Below are positions 19,623 to 28,756 of a stretch of DNA of 64,000 nt, in pieces. A program made the position numbers and the translations under genes. The stretch lies in IMG/VR virus record IMGVR_UViG_3300021957_000009, positions 37,047 through 101,046 of that record. One strand, written 5' to 3'. The stretch comes from a virus. Each line of letters starts with the position of its first letter. Positions within the stretch are counted from its first letter, which is position 1. The notes below the pieces were generated by a model, which saw nothing but the letters and a program-made list of their open reading frames with translations, was not told where the DNA came from and searched no databases.

Positions 19623-20074
19623 TATTTACCCTTAATAGTCCTTACAACTTTACTTAATATCATTTTAACAGCAGTGTAGTATGCAAATCCATGACCCCAT
19701 ACTATATGAAATGTGTGGTTCTTTTCAATTGCTGATTTACCGCCAAACTTCTTAGTCCAGTTATCTACGTATTCGCCTTTATATCTCAATACCGCGTGTG
19801 ATACTTTCCACTTACTAGGACCTACTAAGCATATACCGGCTTGATGCGTCAATAACATCCACCACATTTTAAGATGGCTTTCACCGCATAATCTATAGAG
19901 AATAGAAAGAGAATAGTCTTCACAATCGCCTACAAGCTTTCCTTCAGCGTCTTCTGAGTAAATAATTTTCCATGCATCAGCCATACCGTATTGTTCTTTA
20001 TCGTATCGATATTTCCACTTACTGTTAAATGATGATACAATTTTATCCCTCGCTTTTACTTCTTCTCTATTCAT
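19622..20074 (-). CDS. Transglutaminase-like cysteine proteinase
   Basis: GDCEDYS, HAVL, DN (Cys-His-Asp). Confidence 0.75.
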   Translation of the reverse strand: MNREEVKARDKIVSSFNSKWKYRYDKEQYGMADAWKIIYSEDAEGKLVGDCEDYSLSILYRLCGESHLKMWWMLLTHQAGICLVGPSKWKVSHAVLRYKGEYVDNWTKKFGGKSAIEKNHTFHIVWGHGFAYYTAVKMILSKVVRTIKGK

Positions 20075-20562
20075 TTAACACCTCTTAATTTTTTTATACC
20101 TTTCTCTACCTCTTTATATGCTGAATCTAATTCTTTTTTTGCTTGAGCGATCTTGGCTTTGTTTAATGCTTTTTCATCAGCAGAAATTTCACCCAGTCTT
20201 TTACGTTCAGCTTCAATTCTTGATCTTGCGTCAAACAAATCTTCTTTAGACATTCTCAATTGAGTTAATCTATCTGCCTTTTTTATAGCTTTAGCTCTTT
20301 TACGATCTGCTACCGCTTGCTTAGAAAAATATTGTTGTAGTCCTTTACCACCTTTAACCGCACCTTTAGCACCAAGCTTAGCTACTATAGATCCATATTT
20401 AAATAGACCTTTTGTTGCTTTAATGCCTTGATCAACTACAAAATTAAGTGCTGAATCTGCGGCACCTTCATTCATATCTAATTGCATATTAGCTTCATGC
20501 AATGGCATGTCACATATTTCTTCTAGTGTCTTGGCTTCTACGTGTTCAGCAAATGTTCTCAT
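20071..20562 (-). CDS. Putative internal head protein (CTS-like start)
   Basis: MRTFAEHVE|A; basic helical C-terminus. Confidence 0.65.
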   Translation of the reverse strand: MRTFAEHVEAKTLEEICDMPLHEANMQLDMNEGAADSALNFVVDQGIKATKGLFKYGSIVAKLGAKGAVKGGKGLQQYFSKQAVADRKRAKAIKKADRLTQLRMSKEDLFDARSRIEAERKRLGEISADEKALNKAKIAQAKKELDSAYKEVEKGIKKLRGVK

Positions 20563-21233
20563 TTTTGTCCTTTTATCCATTTTACAGCAATGGAATTTTC
20601 TGGGGCTTTAGCAGCCCAGGTTTTTATATCTTTATACGCTTCTAATGTTGAGGCTTCTATATCAGAACCTTTAGAATTATCAATAACAATCATGCGGTTA
20701 CGAAAAAGGCCTTGAAACTTACCTATATTCTTTTGTACATCTTTCCACATTTTTGTTACTAAACTATCTTCTAGAGAACGTGGTCTCATTCTGTTTCTTT
20801 CCAATGCTGTATCCAAATCAGTGTTAACAAATAACATATGTACAGCATAACCAAGTGTTCTTAACAGATCAACTTGCTTTTTAATTTTAGCATAATCTTT
20901 ACCAGTACCATCAACAACAATGCCCATTCTACCTTCTAAAGCTCTAGTCATAATTTTACCAGTTAGAACTTTCGCTTTCGCTCTTACTGCTTGGCCCTGT
21001 GCAGATGCAATGTCATCAGCATCAGTAGTTAATCCAGCCCTTTTTAATCCTTTTTCAAAAGCATCATCAGAGTTAATTAATCTAAATCCTAATGCTTGTA
21101 AGGCAGTTTTACCTACAACAAATGATTTACCAGAACCTGGTCCACCTGCTAGGAATACTGCTTTAAAAATAGAAGGATCATTTACACCTTCCATAAGTTC
21201 TAAATGTTCTTTAAAATTATCCACCGAATTCAT
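20559..21233 (-). CDS. P-loop kinase (zeta/AAA_33/PNK-like) with CTS-like start
   Basis: GGPGSGKS, NSDD, VVDGT, ALERNRMRPR lid. Confidence 0.8.
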   Translation of the reverse strand: MNSVDNFKEHLELMEGVNDPSIFKAVFLAGGPGSGKSFVVGKTALQALGFRLINSDDAFEKGLKRAGLTTDADDIASAQGQAVRAKAKVLTGKIMTRALEGRMGIVVDGTGKDYAKIKKQVDLLRTLGYAVHMLFVNTDLDTALERNRMRPRSLEDSLVTKMWKDVQKNIGKFQGLFRNRMIVIDNSKGSDIEASTLEAYKDIKTWAAKAPENSIAVKWIKGQK

Positions 21234-21906
21234 GTCCTGCGACTCTCTTCATTTGCTTTTTAAATTCAGCAAAATCTGGTTTACTTTTGTAAAGTTTAAT
21301 AGATATCTCATCTCTATCTTTACCCTTAATTCTCCACTTATAACCTTTATCTAAATGTTCTGGCTTTGTGGTCTTTACTACTCTACGCTTAAATCCATCT
21401 TCCCAAGGCTCACTCTTACCTGTACCTTCTTCTAACTCTTCTTTCTTAGTTGTTAGTTTTTTACCTATAGACTTAATATCTAGAGATTTTAATTTTAATT
21501 TTTTACCACTACTCATTTTTAGTGCTTTAGCATAAATTTCTTTTGCTTTAGACTTATTCTTAACTGCTAAAACGCTTATCAATATAGTGCCTAGTGTTAC
21601 AGTTCCTACAGCAACCGCTTTACTAAATATTAAAGTTGCAGTCTTGGCCGATATCTCAACGCCTATCCATTTACCAACATCCATAATTAAACCAATACCG
21701 TATCTTTGTAGTTCAATTATTGCGTTTAAATCATATTTTTTTGCAATATTATAAATTACGGTTCCTTTTATAAAACCCTTCATACTCAAAGGAGGTCCAG
21801 CTAGCTTTGCTATTTCCTTACCAATCTTTAAAGCGACAGGTAAAATAAAGTTATAGGCCTCATCCAGATCCTGTTCATATAAAGAATGTTCCGCAAAAGT
21901 TTTCAT
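21217..21906 (-). CDS. Putative internal head protein (CTS-like start) with hydrophobic segment
   Basis: MKTFAEH..LDE|A; second module after LEE|G. Confidence 0.65.
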   Translation of the reverse strand: MKTFAEHSLYEQDLDEAYNFILPVALKIGKEIAKLAGPPLSMKGFIKGTVIYNIAKKYDLNAIIELQRYGIGLIMDVGKWIGVEISAKTATLIFSKAVAVGTVTLGTILISVLAVKNKSKAKEIYAKALKMSSGKKLKLKSLDIKSIGKKLTTKKEELEEGTGKSEPWEDGFKRRVVKTTKPEHLDKGYKWRIKGKDRDEISIKLYKSKPDFAEFKKQMKRVAGHEFGG

Positions 21907-22250
21907 TTCTTTAAGTCGTACCTAAATGATTTGCCTTTAGCTTGGCCGTCTTTAGTAACTTTAAACCTACCAATACGAGCTAGGTTATTTACGGTTTCAA
22001 GATTTCCCTTCTTCATTTGCTTTTCTAATTCAGGCTTTACTTTCTTCCATATAGTTTCTAATATATCTTTATCAGACATAACAAGCGGGGCTTCACTTAA
22101 GTTATCTTCATTCTGAAGCCTATAAGCTTTTTGCTTAACTCTAAAGGCCATCTTTTTCTTTAACTGATCTTGTGACAGTTTTTTCTTTTTGGCATTAGAA
22201 ACGGTCTGCTTAGCAGATTTTTTTGCTTCTTGAATGTCTGAAAATTTCAT
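21903..22250 (-). CDS. Putative internal head protein (CTS-like start)
   Basis: MKFSDIQE|A; LSE|A. Confidence 0.65.
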   Translation of the reverse strand: MKFSDIQEAKKSAKQTVSNAKKKKLSQDQLKKKMAFRVKQKAYRLQNEDNLSEAPLVMSDKDILETIWKKVKPELEKQMKKGNLETVNNLARIGRFKVTKDGQAKGKSFRYDLKK

Positions 22251-22251
22251 A

Positions 22252-22776
22252 TTAATCCCTTGGTGTAGGCTTAGCTAATATAGATCTAGCTTTTGATTTA
22301 TCGTTTTTAAGTAAAGTTGCTGCATCTTGTAAATATCCTTCGGTCTCTCCGTACTTAAGTTTTCTCCAAGATTTACCATCTTCATGTGCAAGGTATTTGG
22401 CTATTCTTAATCCGTCAAAGGCACCACCGTCATTAGCAGTATATCTTCCTTCCCTGAGTTTACCACTAGCAAGGTCATCAAGGTTTTTATCTAACCAATT
22501 AATAAATTCGTCTTCTTCTTTTCCACGAATCTCACCAGCATCTACTGCCCAACGCTCTAGTTCACGCGTTGCTTTATTAGATAATTCTAATTGACCTGTT
22601 TTTACTGCCTTTTGAAGTTCTTTTTTATACTTACGAGCTATGTCTTGAATTTTCTTAGCTTCTTCAACTGTTTCTTCAGGTACACAGTTTGGAACGTCTT
22701 TTCCGCCCTTCTTTTTCGTACCTACTTGCTTATACCCTTTCCAACAAGCCTCTCTAACATCTTTAAATGTTTTCAT
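22252..22776 (-). CDS. Putative internal head protein (CTS-like start)
   Basis: MKTFKDVRE|ACWKGY..G.K.K.GK.VPNCVP module. Confidence 0.7.
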   Translation of the reverse strand: MKTFKDVREACWKGYKQVGTKKKGGKDVPNCVPEETVEEAKKIQDIARKYKKELQKAVKTGQLELSNKATRELERWAVDAGEIRGKEEDEFINWLDKNLDDLASGKLREGRYTANDGGAFDGLRIAKYLAHEDGKSWRKLKYGETEGYLQDAATLLKNDKSKARSILAKPTPRD

Positions 22777-23027
22777 TTTACTCTTTTTCCCTTTTTCAAG
22801 ACAGCCATTGCATCTCTCTTATCCATTGCCATACTATTTTTATCTACTAGCCACGCTAAAAGATCTTTGACATTTCCTGACACTTTAATAGTAGCATTTT
22901 TTCTGTCCCATCGATCTAGGTAAACACCGACATCTTGGAAATCGCCTTGATATTCCCTAGGATCATCCATGTCCCAATTAACTTCTATCTGCTTATTTGC
23001 TTCTCTTATTTCTTGAAATGTTTTCAC
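22773..23027 (-). CDS. Putative internal head protein (CTS-like start)
   Basis: MKTFQEIRE|A, close to T4 IP MKTYQEFIAE. Confidence 0.7.
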   Translation of the reverse strand: MKTFQEIREANKQIEVNWDMDDPREYQGDFQDVGVYLDRWDRKNATIKVSGNVKDLLAWLVDKNSMAMDKRDAMAVLKKGKRVK

Positions 23028-23028
23028 T

Positions 23029-23442
23029 TTACTTTTTTTCCTTAGACATCATTGCTGCTATCTTCATCAAAGTTTCTTTATCCTTATCTGAAATTTTATC
23101 TAATTGTTTTTTCTTGGCAATAGCTTCTAACGACTTTGCCCATGAAGCTGAAGATTCTTCAACAGACTCTTTCTTAACCGCCTTTGAACTATTTTTGTTA
23201 ATGAAATCAGCTGATTTATTTTGAGCACCACGATCGCCACCTCTAGCATATCCATCTAAATATGCTTGAGCATGAGCTTCGGCGTGCTTAGGTGATTTCC
23301 AGCCAACTGATCCAAGGTACATCACTTTACCAGTTTTTTTGTTTTTAACTTCAGCTCGATAACCGCCGAATTTAGACTTTTCTGACCCTACAACATATTC
23401 TGCTGGATCAAATCTCTCTCTTAATTCTGTAAATTTTTTCAT
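23029..23442 (-). CDS. Putative internal head protein (CTS-like start)
   Basis: MKKFTELRE|R; VEE|S. Confidence 0.65.
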   Translation of the reverse strand: MKKFTELRERFDPAEYVVGSEKSKFGGYRAEVKNKKTGKVMYLGSVGWKSPKHAEAHAQAYLDGYARGGDRGAQNKSADFINKNSSKAVKKESVEESSASWAKSLEAIAKKKQLDKISDKDKETLMKIAAMMSKEKK

Positions 23443-23443
23443 T

Positions 23444-24625
23444 TTATCCCCTTACTTTAGCAGCTAGGTCTTTATCAGCCCCGCCCCATGTTCCTTTTGA
23501 TTTTGTTGCGAATGAATTAACTCGCGCTAATCCCCATTGAGTCGGATTTGTTCCTGGTCTATGGCTTGAACTCCAAGCCGCATATCCTCTATCAAATACC
23601 TTTTTTAATATACCATAAGGCATACCTGTTTTATCGGCCTTTTTCATAAGTGCCGCCTTTGCATCGGCTTCTTCTAATGATTGTGAGAAGCTTTTCATTT
23701 CACCAAACTTCTTTTTAAAATCTTTTGTGTGATCACTTTCTGGAGCATTTGGTCTTGGCTTATTGTGTGCTGCTTTTTCTTTTGCATTCATATCAGAATA
23801 TTTCTTCTCTTCTAAATGCTCAACATCATCAAGCCAAACTCTTTTCTTCCAATCTCCAAACTCGACTACTAAAAAGTTAGTGCCGCATCTTTGTATAACA
23901 CCAACTTGATTTGTTTCTTTAAGAACAACTTCGTCACCCTGTTTAAATAGATTGCCTTTAACAAACTTTTCTCTTTTCTCAGAGACCTTTTCTAATTCAA
24001 TATGCTTACGTACTGATTCTTTTTTAAGACCCATGCCTTTACGTAATGCATAATATAATTTTTGTATACCATCTCCTGGTATTTCTAAAGAGTTATCAGC
24101 AAATCCTTGTAAATCACCAGATGCAACAAAGGCTCTTAGTTTAGATGCTGACATACCTGAAACACCTTCTGCATCAGGATCACGTTCTCCGGCCGAAATA
24201 ACTTTGATTCCATCTTCGAAATTATAAAAACCATGACGAGCTTTTTGGCCATTATACTTATTTAACAATGTCTCAAATTCTTTAACTCGATCACTACCAG
24301 CAACCATAGAAACTTTAGTATATCCTTGATCATACAATTTTACTGCAATATCAATTACTGTTCTAACATCGGCATCTGCCATAATATTTCGAGCATGCTT
24401 AGGAAACATTTTACGCATAAACTTAATTTTTTCTTTAAACGTAAGAGGATTCTTTTTAGCATCTTGCGACTTAGACGCGTATATACGATATGAACCGCCT
24501 GAAACTTTTTTAAGTTTTTCAAAAAGCTTTTCATGGCCGGTAGTAGGAGGATTAAATCTACCAAAGACAAAGGTCATTTCACCCTTTGCTTCAGTCAGAT
24601 AATCACTGAAACTTTTAAACTGCAT
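23444..24625 (-). CDS. HxGH (cytidylyltransferase-like) nucleotidyltransferase with extra C-terminal modules
   Basis: FGRFNPPTTGH, AGSDR, SAGERDPD, MSASKLR; FKSFSDYLTE|A start. Confidence 0.85.
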   Translation of the reverse strand: MQFKSFSDYLTEAKGEMTFVFGRFNPPTTGHEKLFEKLKKVSGGSYRIYASKSQDAKKNPLTFKEKIKFMRKMFPKHARNIMADADVRTVIDIAVKLYDQGYTKVSMVAGSDRVKEFETLLNKYNGQKARHGFYNFEDGIKVISAGERDPDAEGVSGMSASKLRAFVASGDLQGFADNSLEIPGDGIQKLYYALRKGMGLKKESVRKHIELEKVSEKREKFVKGNLFKQGDEVVLKETNQVGVIQRCGTNFLVVEFGDWKKRVWLDDVEHLEEKKYSDMNAKEKAAHNKPRPNAPESDHTKDFKKKFGEMKSFSQSLEEADAKAALMKKADKTGMPYGILKKVFDRGYAAWSSSHRPGTNPTQWGLARVNSFATKSKGTWGGADKDLAAKVRG

Positions 24626-25008
24626 TATTCACCGCCCTTGCTTTTCAATTTTGCTCTATCTTTCTTTTTAATTCCAGGAAGAAGCTTCTTGGCTATTTTT
24701 GCAATCGCGCCTTTTTTGTTGGCTAGTTTCTTTTCTATACCGGCACGTGCGGAAAATGATAGGTCACTTTTCTTTTTATTTTTGAGGAGTTTTTTAATGA
24801 GTAATTCTCTAGCAGCCTTATTTGCTCTAGATTTTAACTTTTCCGGGGATGCTAACTTCTTGGCTGCTTTCTTTTTGCCAAGTGCGATTTTAGCTTTGTT
24901 TTTTCGAAATGCAGCTTTCATCTTCATACGATGTTGAAGTGACATGGCTTCTGAAAAGTCTACGCTTTCTTCAGATATGTCTGCATTGTGTTCTTTGAAC
25001 GATTTCAT
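24625..25008 (-). CDS. Highly basic putative internal/DNA-binding protein (CTS-like start)
   Basis: MKSFKEH...FSE|A; Lys-rich; GAGG RBS. Confidence 0.7.
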   Translation of the reverse strand: MKSFKEHNADISEESVDFSEAMSLQHRMKMKAAFRKNKAKIALGKKKAAKKLASPEKLKSRANKAARELLIKKLLKNKKKSDLSFSARAGIEKKLANKKGAIAKIAKKLLPGIKKKDRAKLKSKGGE

Positions 25009-25026
25009 CTTATCCTCGGTTCCCAT

Positions 25027-26268
25027 TTAGTTAGGATTATCCCAACCTTTAATTATATCTTTGCTAAAGTTGTTAGTAGAAAATTCTAATCTATCAACAA
25101 GCTTAACAGCTCCACCTTCCATACGATCTATAGCAACAAAACCTTCGGGGTTGGTTACTTTAAATCCGGACTTAGTCTTTACAAACGTACTAATTTTATT
25201 TAGTTTGTTTAGTTTATTTATAATAATTAATTTGCTATCTGTTACTAAATTATGTAAATCGAACACATTTTGTAGGTTTTTTATATTAGATTTGTCAAAA
25301 AATGCGAGTAATTGATCTCTTTTAGCTATCTGAACATCTTTACCCTTTTGACTGCTTCTCTTGTCAATTTCTTTTTGATACCGTGCATTTACCCACATTA
25401 CTAAACCTGTTGCATGTTTCTTAGTATCAGTAATGCGTTGTCCGTCCCTTACTTTACTATTGTTATAAACATTAATCATAAGATTTAGTTCTTTATTAGA
25501 TTCTATTTCTTTAAGAGTTGAAGCTGATATTTTTCGAAATAGTTTACCAGCATCAGAAAGCTTTTTATTTAGTGCATCTGTTTCTGACTTGGTTAGTGTT
25601 GCGGTTCCTGATAGATCATCTAATGTTGCATCTTGCATCCATACATCTTTAGAAGATCTAAGCTTGGTGACAATTTCTCTACCAAACTCAGCTCTCATCG
25701 TTTCGAACGTTGCTCCTGAGTAGGTTGTATGCCAAACAATTCCGATCTTAGCTGATCCAATCGTCTTAGCGAGAGCACTACCAGTAGGTACTGCGTAAGC
25801 GATAGTGTTAGGATGAAACACAATATGACTAACTCCATTTATATTCTCCTTTTTAAGGTCCGACTTATCAAACATAAAGTCGCCTTGTATAACACCTTTA
25901 ATTCCTAAAGGCTTAAGATAATCATATGCCATTTTTAATTTTTTAGATAGATCTCCACTTGTATCAGCATCTATATCTGCGTGTGATTTATATACTTTTG
26001 GGTCGGCATTAAATATGCCTTTTTTTGCTACGAAGAATTGACCATCACGTGGATCTTCTCCTGCAAATACGGCGGGGGCACCGTCCCACTTTACGGTTAC
26101 GTCTACTGCAGCTTTCGTATTACCGGATAACATATCTCGCAACGACCTGAGTGCGATGATAGCTTGGCGCGCCCCCTTAACTCCGCCGTCAATGATAAGA
26201 TCCTCGATATGAATCATATGAGTGTTCTTTCCTGCGGCTTCTGATAATTGATTTTTAAATGATTTCAT
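25027..26268 (-). CDS. Conserved T4-like protein with ligase-superfamily nucleotidyltransferase-like motifs
   Basis: TVKWDG, QGDFMF, PEGFVA, VKLV; MKSFKNQLSE|A start. Confidence 0.65.
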   Translation of the reverse strand: MKSFKNQLSEAAGKNTHMIHIEDLIIDGGVKGARQAIIALRSLRDMLSGNTKAAVDVTVKWDGAPAVFAGEDPRDGQFFVAKKGIFNADPKVYKSHADIDADTSGDLSKKLKMAYDYLKPLGIKGVIQGDFMFDKSDLKKENINGVSHIVFHPNTIAYAVPTGSALAKTIGSAKIGIVWHTTYSGATFETMRAEFGREIVTKLRSSKDVWMQDATLDDLSGTATLTKSETDALNKKLSDAGKLFRKISASTLKEIESNKELNLMINVYNNSKVRDGQRITDTKKHATGLVMWVNARYQKEIDKRSSQKGKDVQIAKRDQLLAFFDKSNIKNLQNVFDLHNLVTDSKLIIINKLNKLNKISTFVKTKSGFKVTNPEGFVAIDRMEGGAVKLVDRLEFSTNNFSKDIIKGWDNPN

Positions 26269-27542
26269 TTTAAGTACTCGTCGTAGTCTTCTGGATCGAT
26301 ACCAGCAAATGATACTGCACCACTTACTGCTCTTTTTTCACCTTCTTTTACACCGAAGGTTACAATAGTTTTTCCGGTGGGCCCTTTAATATTTAAAGTG
26401 ACTCTTCCTTTTGGATTTTCTAATGTAATATTATCCATATCCAAGTCCGGATGTTTAGCTATAATTTGGCTTTTCTTTTCTGTTGTAATTGCCATTAACA
26501 TTTTTGTTTCTTTATCGTTAAAACCCATAATGTTTAAAATGTTTGTAGAAAACTCTTTAGTTTTAGAATATGGTTTTAGTACTTCATACACAATAGCAGC
26601 AACTCTAGGATTTATCGGCTCTCGTGCAGCCTTTCTTTCTGTTTCAATTTGCTTTTGATCTAGTGCTTCTATTTGAGAGTCGGTCAAACCGCGCAAGCTT
26701 TTTAATCTGTTTGTGGCTTTTTCATCGCCTCGGAGGTGTTGCTTATGATCTTGTTTAATTTTATTAAGATCATTTGCTTTTTGGACTAGTTGGTTTAATT
26801 CAGAATCTCTTTTATAAACCGAATCAAATTCTTTAGCAGCTTTGTCACCAACCAGGTGATCGCACAATCCTCTCGCTGTTGTATTTGCTAAGCCAACTGA
26901 TTTAGATGAATAGAGTTTTAGTGAATAACCATCAAGAATTTGTTTACCTTCTTTCATAACAGCAACTCTAATATCTGCTTTGAAATCTATTCCGTCTTGA
27001 AATGCTAGGTTGTCTAGATAACAACCAATGATAGTTGCCTTTTCTAATACTGCATTTGAGATAAGATAGTTTGCCATATCGGCACTACCCTTTCTAATAA
27101 TTTTAATTGCAGAACTATAATTTTTTGGATTGAGCGCACGCTTTAATTGTGCATCCCAATCAGAAACTGTTTTATTAATACCACTTCTATATTTTTCGTA
27201 ATCTTTACTAATTGCAACCTGAGAACCACTATAATCGTATATGAATTTGCAGACTAAAGCTTCGTTGTAATTACCTTTAATTGCTGATAAAGCTCCGGTA
27301 TTTTCTGCTATAGTAAAACCATTCATAGTGATATCCTCTTTAATCTGTGACGGTATTGAAATCACAGTAGGTTCAAATAATTCAGCGGCTTTTAGTTTTT
27401 TCTTAAACTGTCCTCGAATCTTAGATTTTAACGATGTCCAAACGGCTTTTAATTTTCTAATTAAAGGTTTAGCAATTTTTAATTCGTTAATAAACCGGTC
27501 TTCACCGGCCTGAAGTTCTAGTTTTAATGGTAATAGTTGCAT
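26265..27542 (-). CDS. Hypothetical protein, possible PD-(D/E)xK-like nuclease
   Basis: GNYNE, KADI, GYSLK spacing. Confidence 0.5.
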   Translation of the reverse strand: MQLLPLKLELQAGEDRFINELKIAKPLIRKLKAVWTSLKSKIRGQFKKKLKAAELFEPTVISIPSQIKEDITMNGFTIAENTGALSAIKGNYNEALVCKFIYDYSGSQVAISKDYEKYRSGINKTVSDWDAQLKRALNPKNYSSAIKIIRKGSADMANYLISNAVLEKATIIGCYLDNLAFQDGIDFKADIRVAVMKEGKQILDGYSLKLYSSKSVGLANTTARGLCDHLVGDKAAKEFDSVYKRDSELNQLVQKANDLNKIKQDHKQHLRGDEKATNRLKSLRGLTDSQIEALDQKQIETERKAAREPINPRVAAIVYEVLKPYSKTKEFSTNILNIMGFNDKETKMLMAITTEKKSQIIAKHPDLDMDNITLENPKGRVTLNIKGPTGKTIVTFGVKEGEKRAVSGAVSFAGIDPEDYDEYLK

Positions 27543-27575
27543 AGTATTATAACCCTGTAAAATAAATTATAATAC

Positions 27576-27583
27576 TATTTATA
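27576..27583 (-). promoter_or_regulatory. Late promoter TATAAATA heading the internal-protein block
   Basis: Exact consensus upstream of 27542. Confidence 0.8.
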
Positions 27584-27769
27584 CTATTTTGTAACTCGGT
27601 GTTTAGGGTTATACGACTTATTTGGAAAGACTTCATCATTTTCATCAACATTAATAATGCCGATTACTTCTAACATGTCAATCATGTTCTCTCCGCCTTC
27701 TTTTAATCCGATCTTATAAGAAGTCCATCCGACTCCTAAGACACAAATAGTAAAAATAAGATATTCCAT
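27584..27769 (-). CDS. Small membrane-anchored hypothetical protein
   Basis: N-terminal hydrophobic helix. Confidence 0.65.
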   Translation of the reverse strand: MEYLIFTICVLGVGWTSYKIGLKEGGENMIDMLEVIGIINVDENDEVFPNKSYNPKHRVTK

Positions 27770-27927
27770 TACACGTCAACTTGAAAACATACGCATTCAT
27801 AACCTTTATCGATCATGTCTTCGTAAAACATTACTGCTTCATCTTTAATAGCAAATAAGTATTCTGCCACTAAATCGTTGTGTTCATCTACTGCAATAAC
27901 TTTCCAGCTATCCATCCAAACTTCCAT
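27769..27927 (-). CDS. Small acidic protein (52 aa, MEVWMDSWKV...), not in ORF track
   Basis: Manual translation; TAATG overlaps at both ends. Confidence 0.7.
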   Translation of the reverse strand: MEVWMDSWKVIAVDEHNDLVAEYLFAIKDEAVMFYEDMIDKGYECVCFQVDV

Positions 27928-28160
27928 TATCCATTCCTCATGTATTTCGACGCGGGTTTTAGCTCAATAAACTTCCTACGTGATTTAGAAAACTGCTTCA
28001 TTGGAGATTTAAATTGTGTGTACTTCTTAGTACCAGTCGATTTAAAACCTACGCAATGACCATGTTCGTTTAAGATATAGGTGTGATTCAGGACTTTATA
28101 TCCTGCATCATCCCATTGTGTAATTTCTTTTAAAGCCTTATACTGTGTAGACATAGACAT
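27927..28160 (-). CDS. Hypothetical protein
   Basis: KEIT.W..NHTY..FSKSRRKF motif. Confidence 0.7.
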   Translation of the reverse strand: MSMSTQYKALKEITQWDDAGYKVLNHTYILNEHGHCVGFKSTGTKKYTQFKSPMKQFSKSRRKFIELKPASKYMRNG

Positions 28161-28464
28161 CCAACCTTTCTGCGTGTCTTAGTGGAAGAGACTGATCGTA
28201 TTTTCTAGGATGTTTTCCATCAGCTATTGCAGCCGAGGTTCTTGGTCCTCTACCTTGACACTTAACTCTGTATCTAGTAGACTTAACAGGTTCTAAATCT
28301 GTCCAGCCACTTTGATATCTGTAATTATTCATTTTGTCTTTTTGAGCAGCCATTTTGTTTATAGCTTTTACAGTTGACCTAACAGTCTCGAGTTCCAGCA
28401 TATCACCTGCGCTTTTAGTGTGTGCAGTCATTACATAGCTATCGCTTATATTTCTTTTTTTCAT
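28138..28464 (-). CDS. Hypothetical early protein
   Basis: YRVKCQGRGPR..DVYVY; follows early promoter. Confidence 0.7.
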   Translation of the reverse strand: MKKRNISDSYVMTAHTKSAGDMLELETVRSTVKAINKMAAQKDKMNNYRYQSGWTDLEPVKSTRYRVKCQGRGPRTSAAIADGKHPRKYDQSLPLRHAERLDVYVYTV

Positions 28465-28499
28465 AATTTAATTCCTTATCAATTGTTTAATACAAAGTT

Positions 28500-28528
28500 A
28501 TTATACAGCAGTTTTACGCATTTGTACA
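28500..28528 (-). promoter_or_regulatory. Early promoter TGTACA-N17-TATAAT
   Basis: Exact motif with A-tract. Confidence 0.8.
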
Positions 28529-28568
28529 CACTTTTTTTAATAAATAGTATATAGATTCTATACGTATT

Positions 28569-28745
28569 TTATACGCCACTTGTCATGTGAACGTAAGAAT
28601 CTTTACATTCTTCTAGCTTGTCGCCACATGAACAAGTCTCAGACTCTTCGATTGAAGGAGCTCCAACGATAGATCTTACTTGATCTTCCGCGAGCGTCAC
28701 TCCAACCAGACTTGCGATTACTTGTTCTAAATTCATATTTTCCAT
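28569..28745 (-). CDS. Small Cys/His-containing hypothetical protein
   Basis: CSCG..C..YVHMTSG; GAGG RBS. Confidence 0.6.
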   Translation of the reverse strand: MENMNLEQVIASLVGVTLAEDQVRSIVGAPSIEESETCSCGDKLEECKDSYVHMTSGV

Positions 28746-28756
28746 AGTTTTTCCTC

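Noticed and set aside
20559-21233. Zeta toxin-antitoxin module
   Set aside because: No epsilon-like partner; context is the CTS-bearing late block
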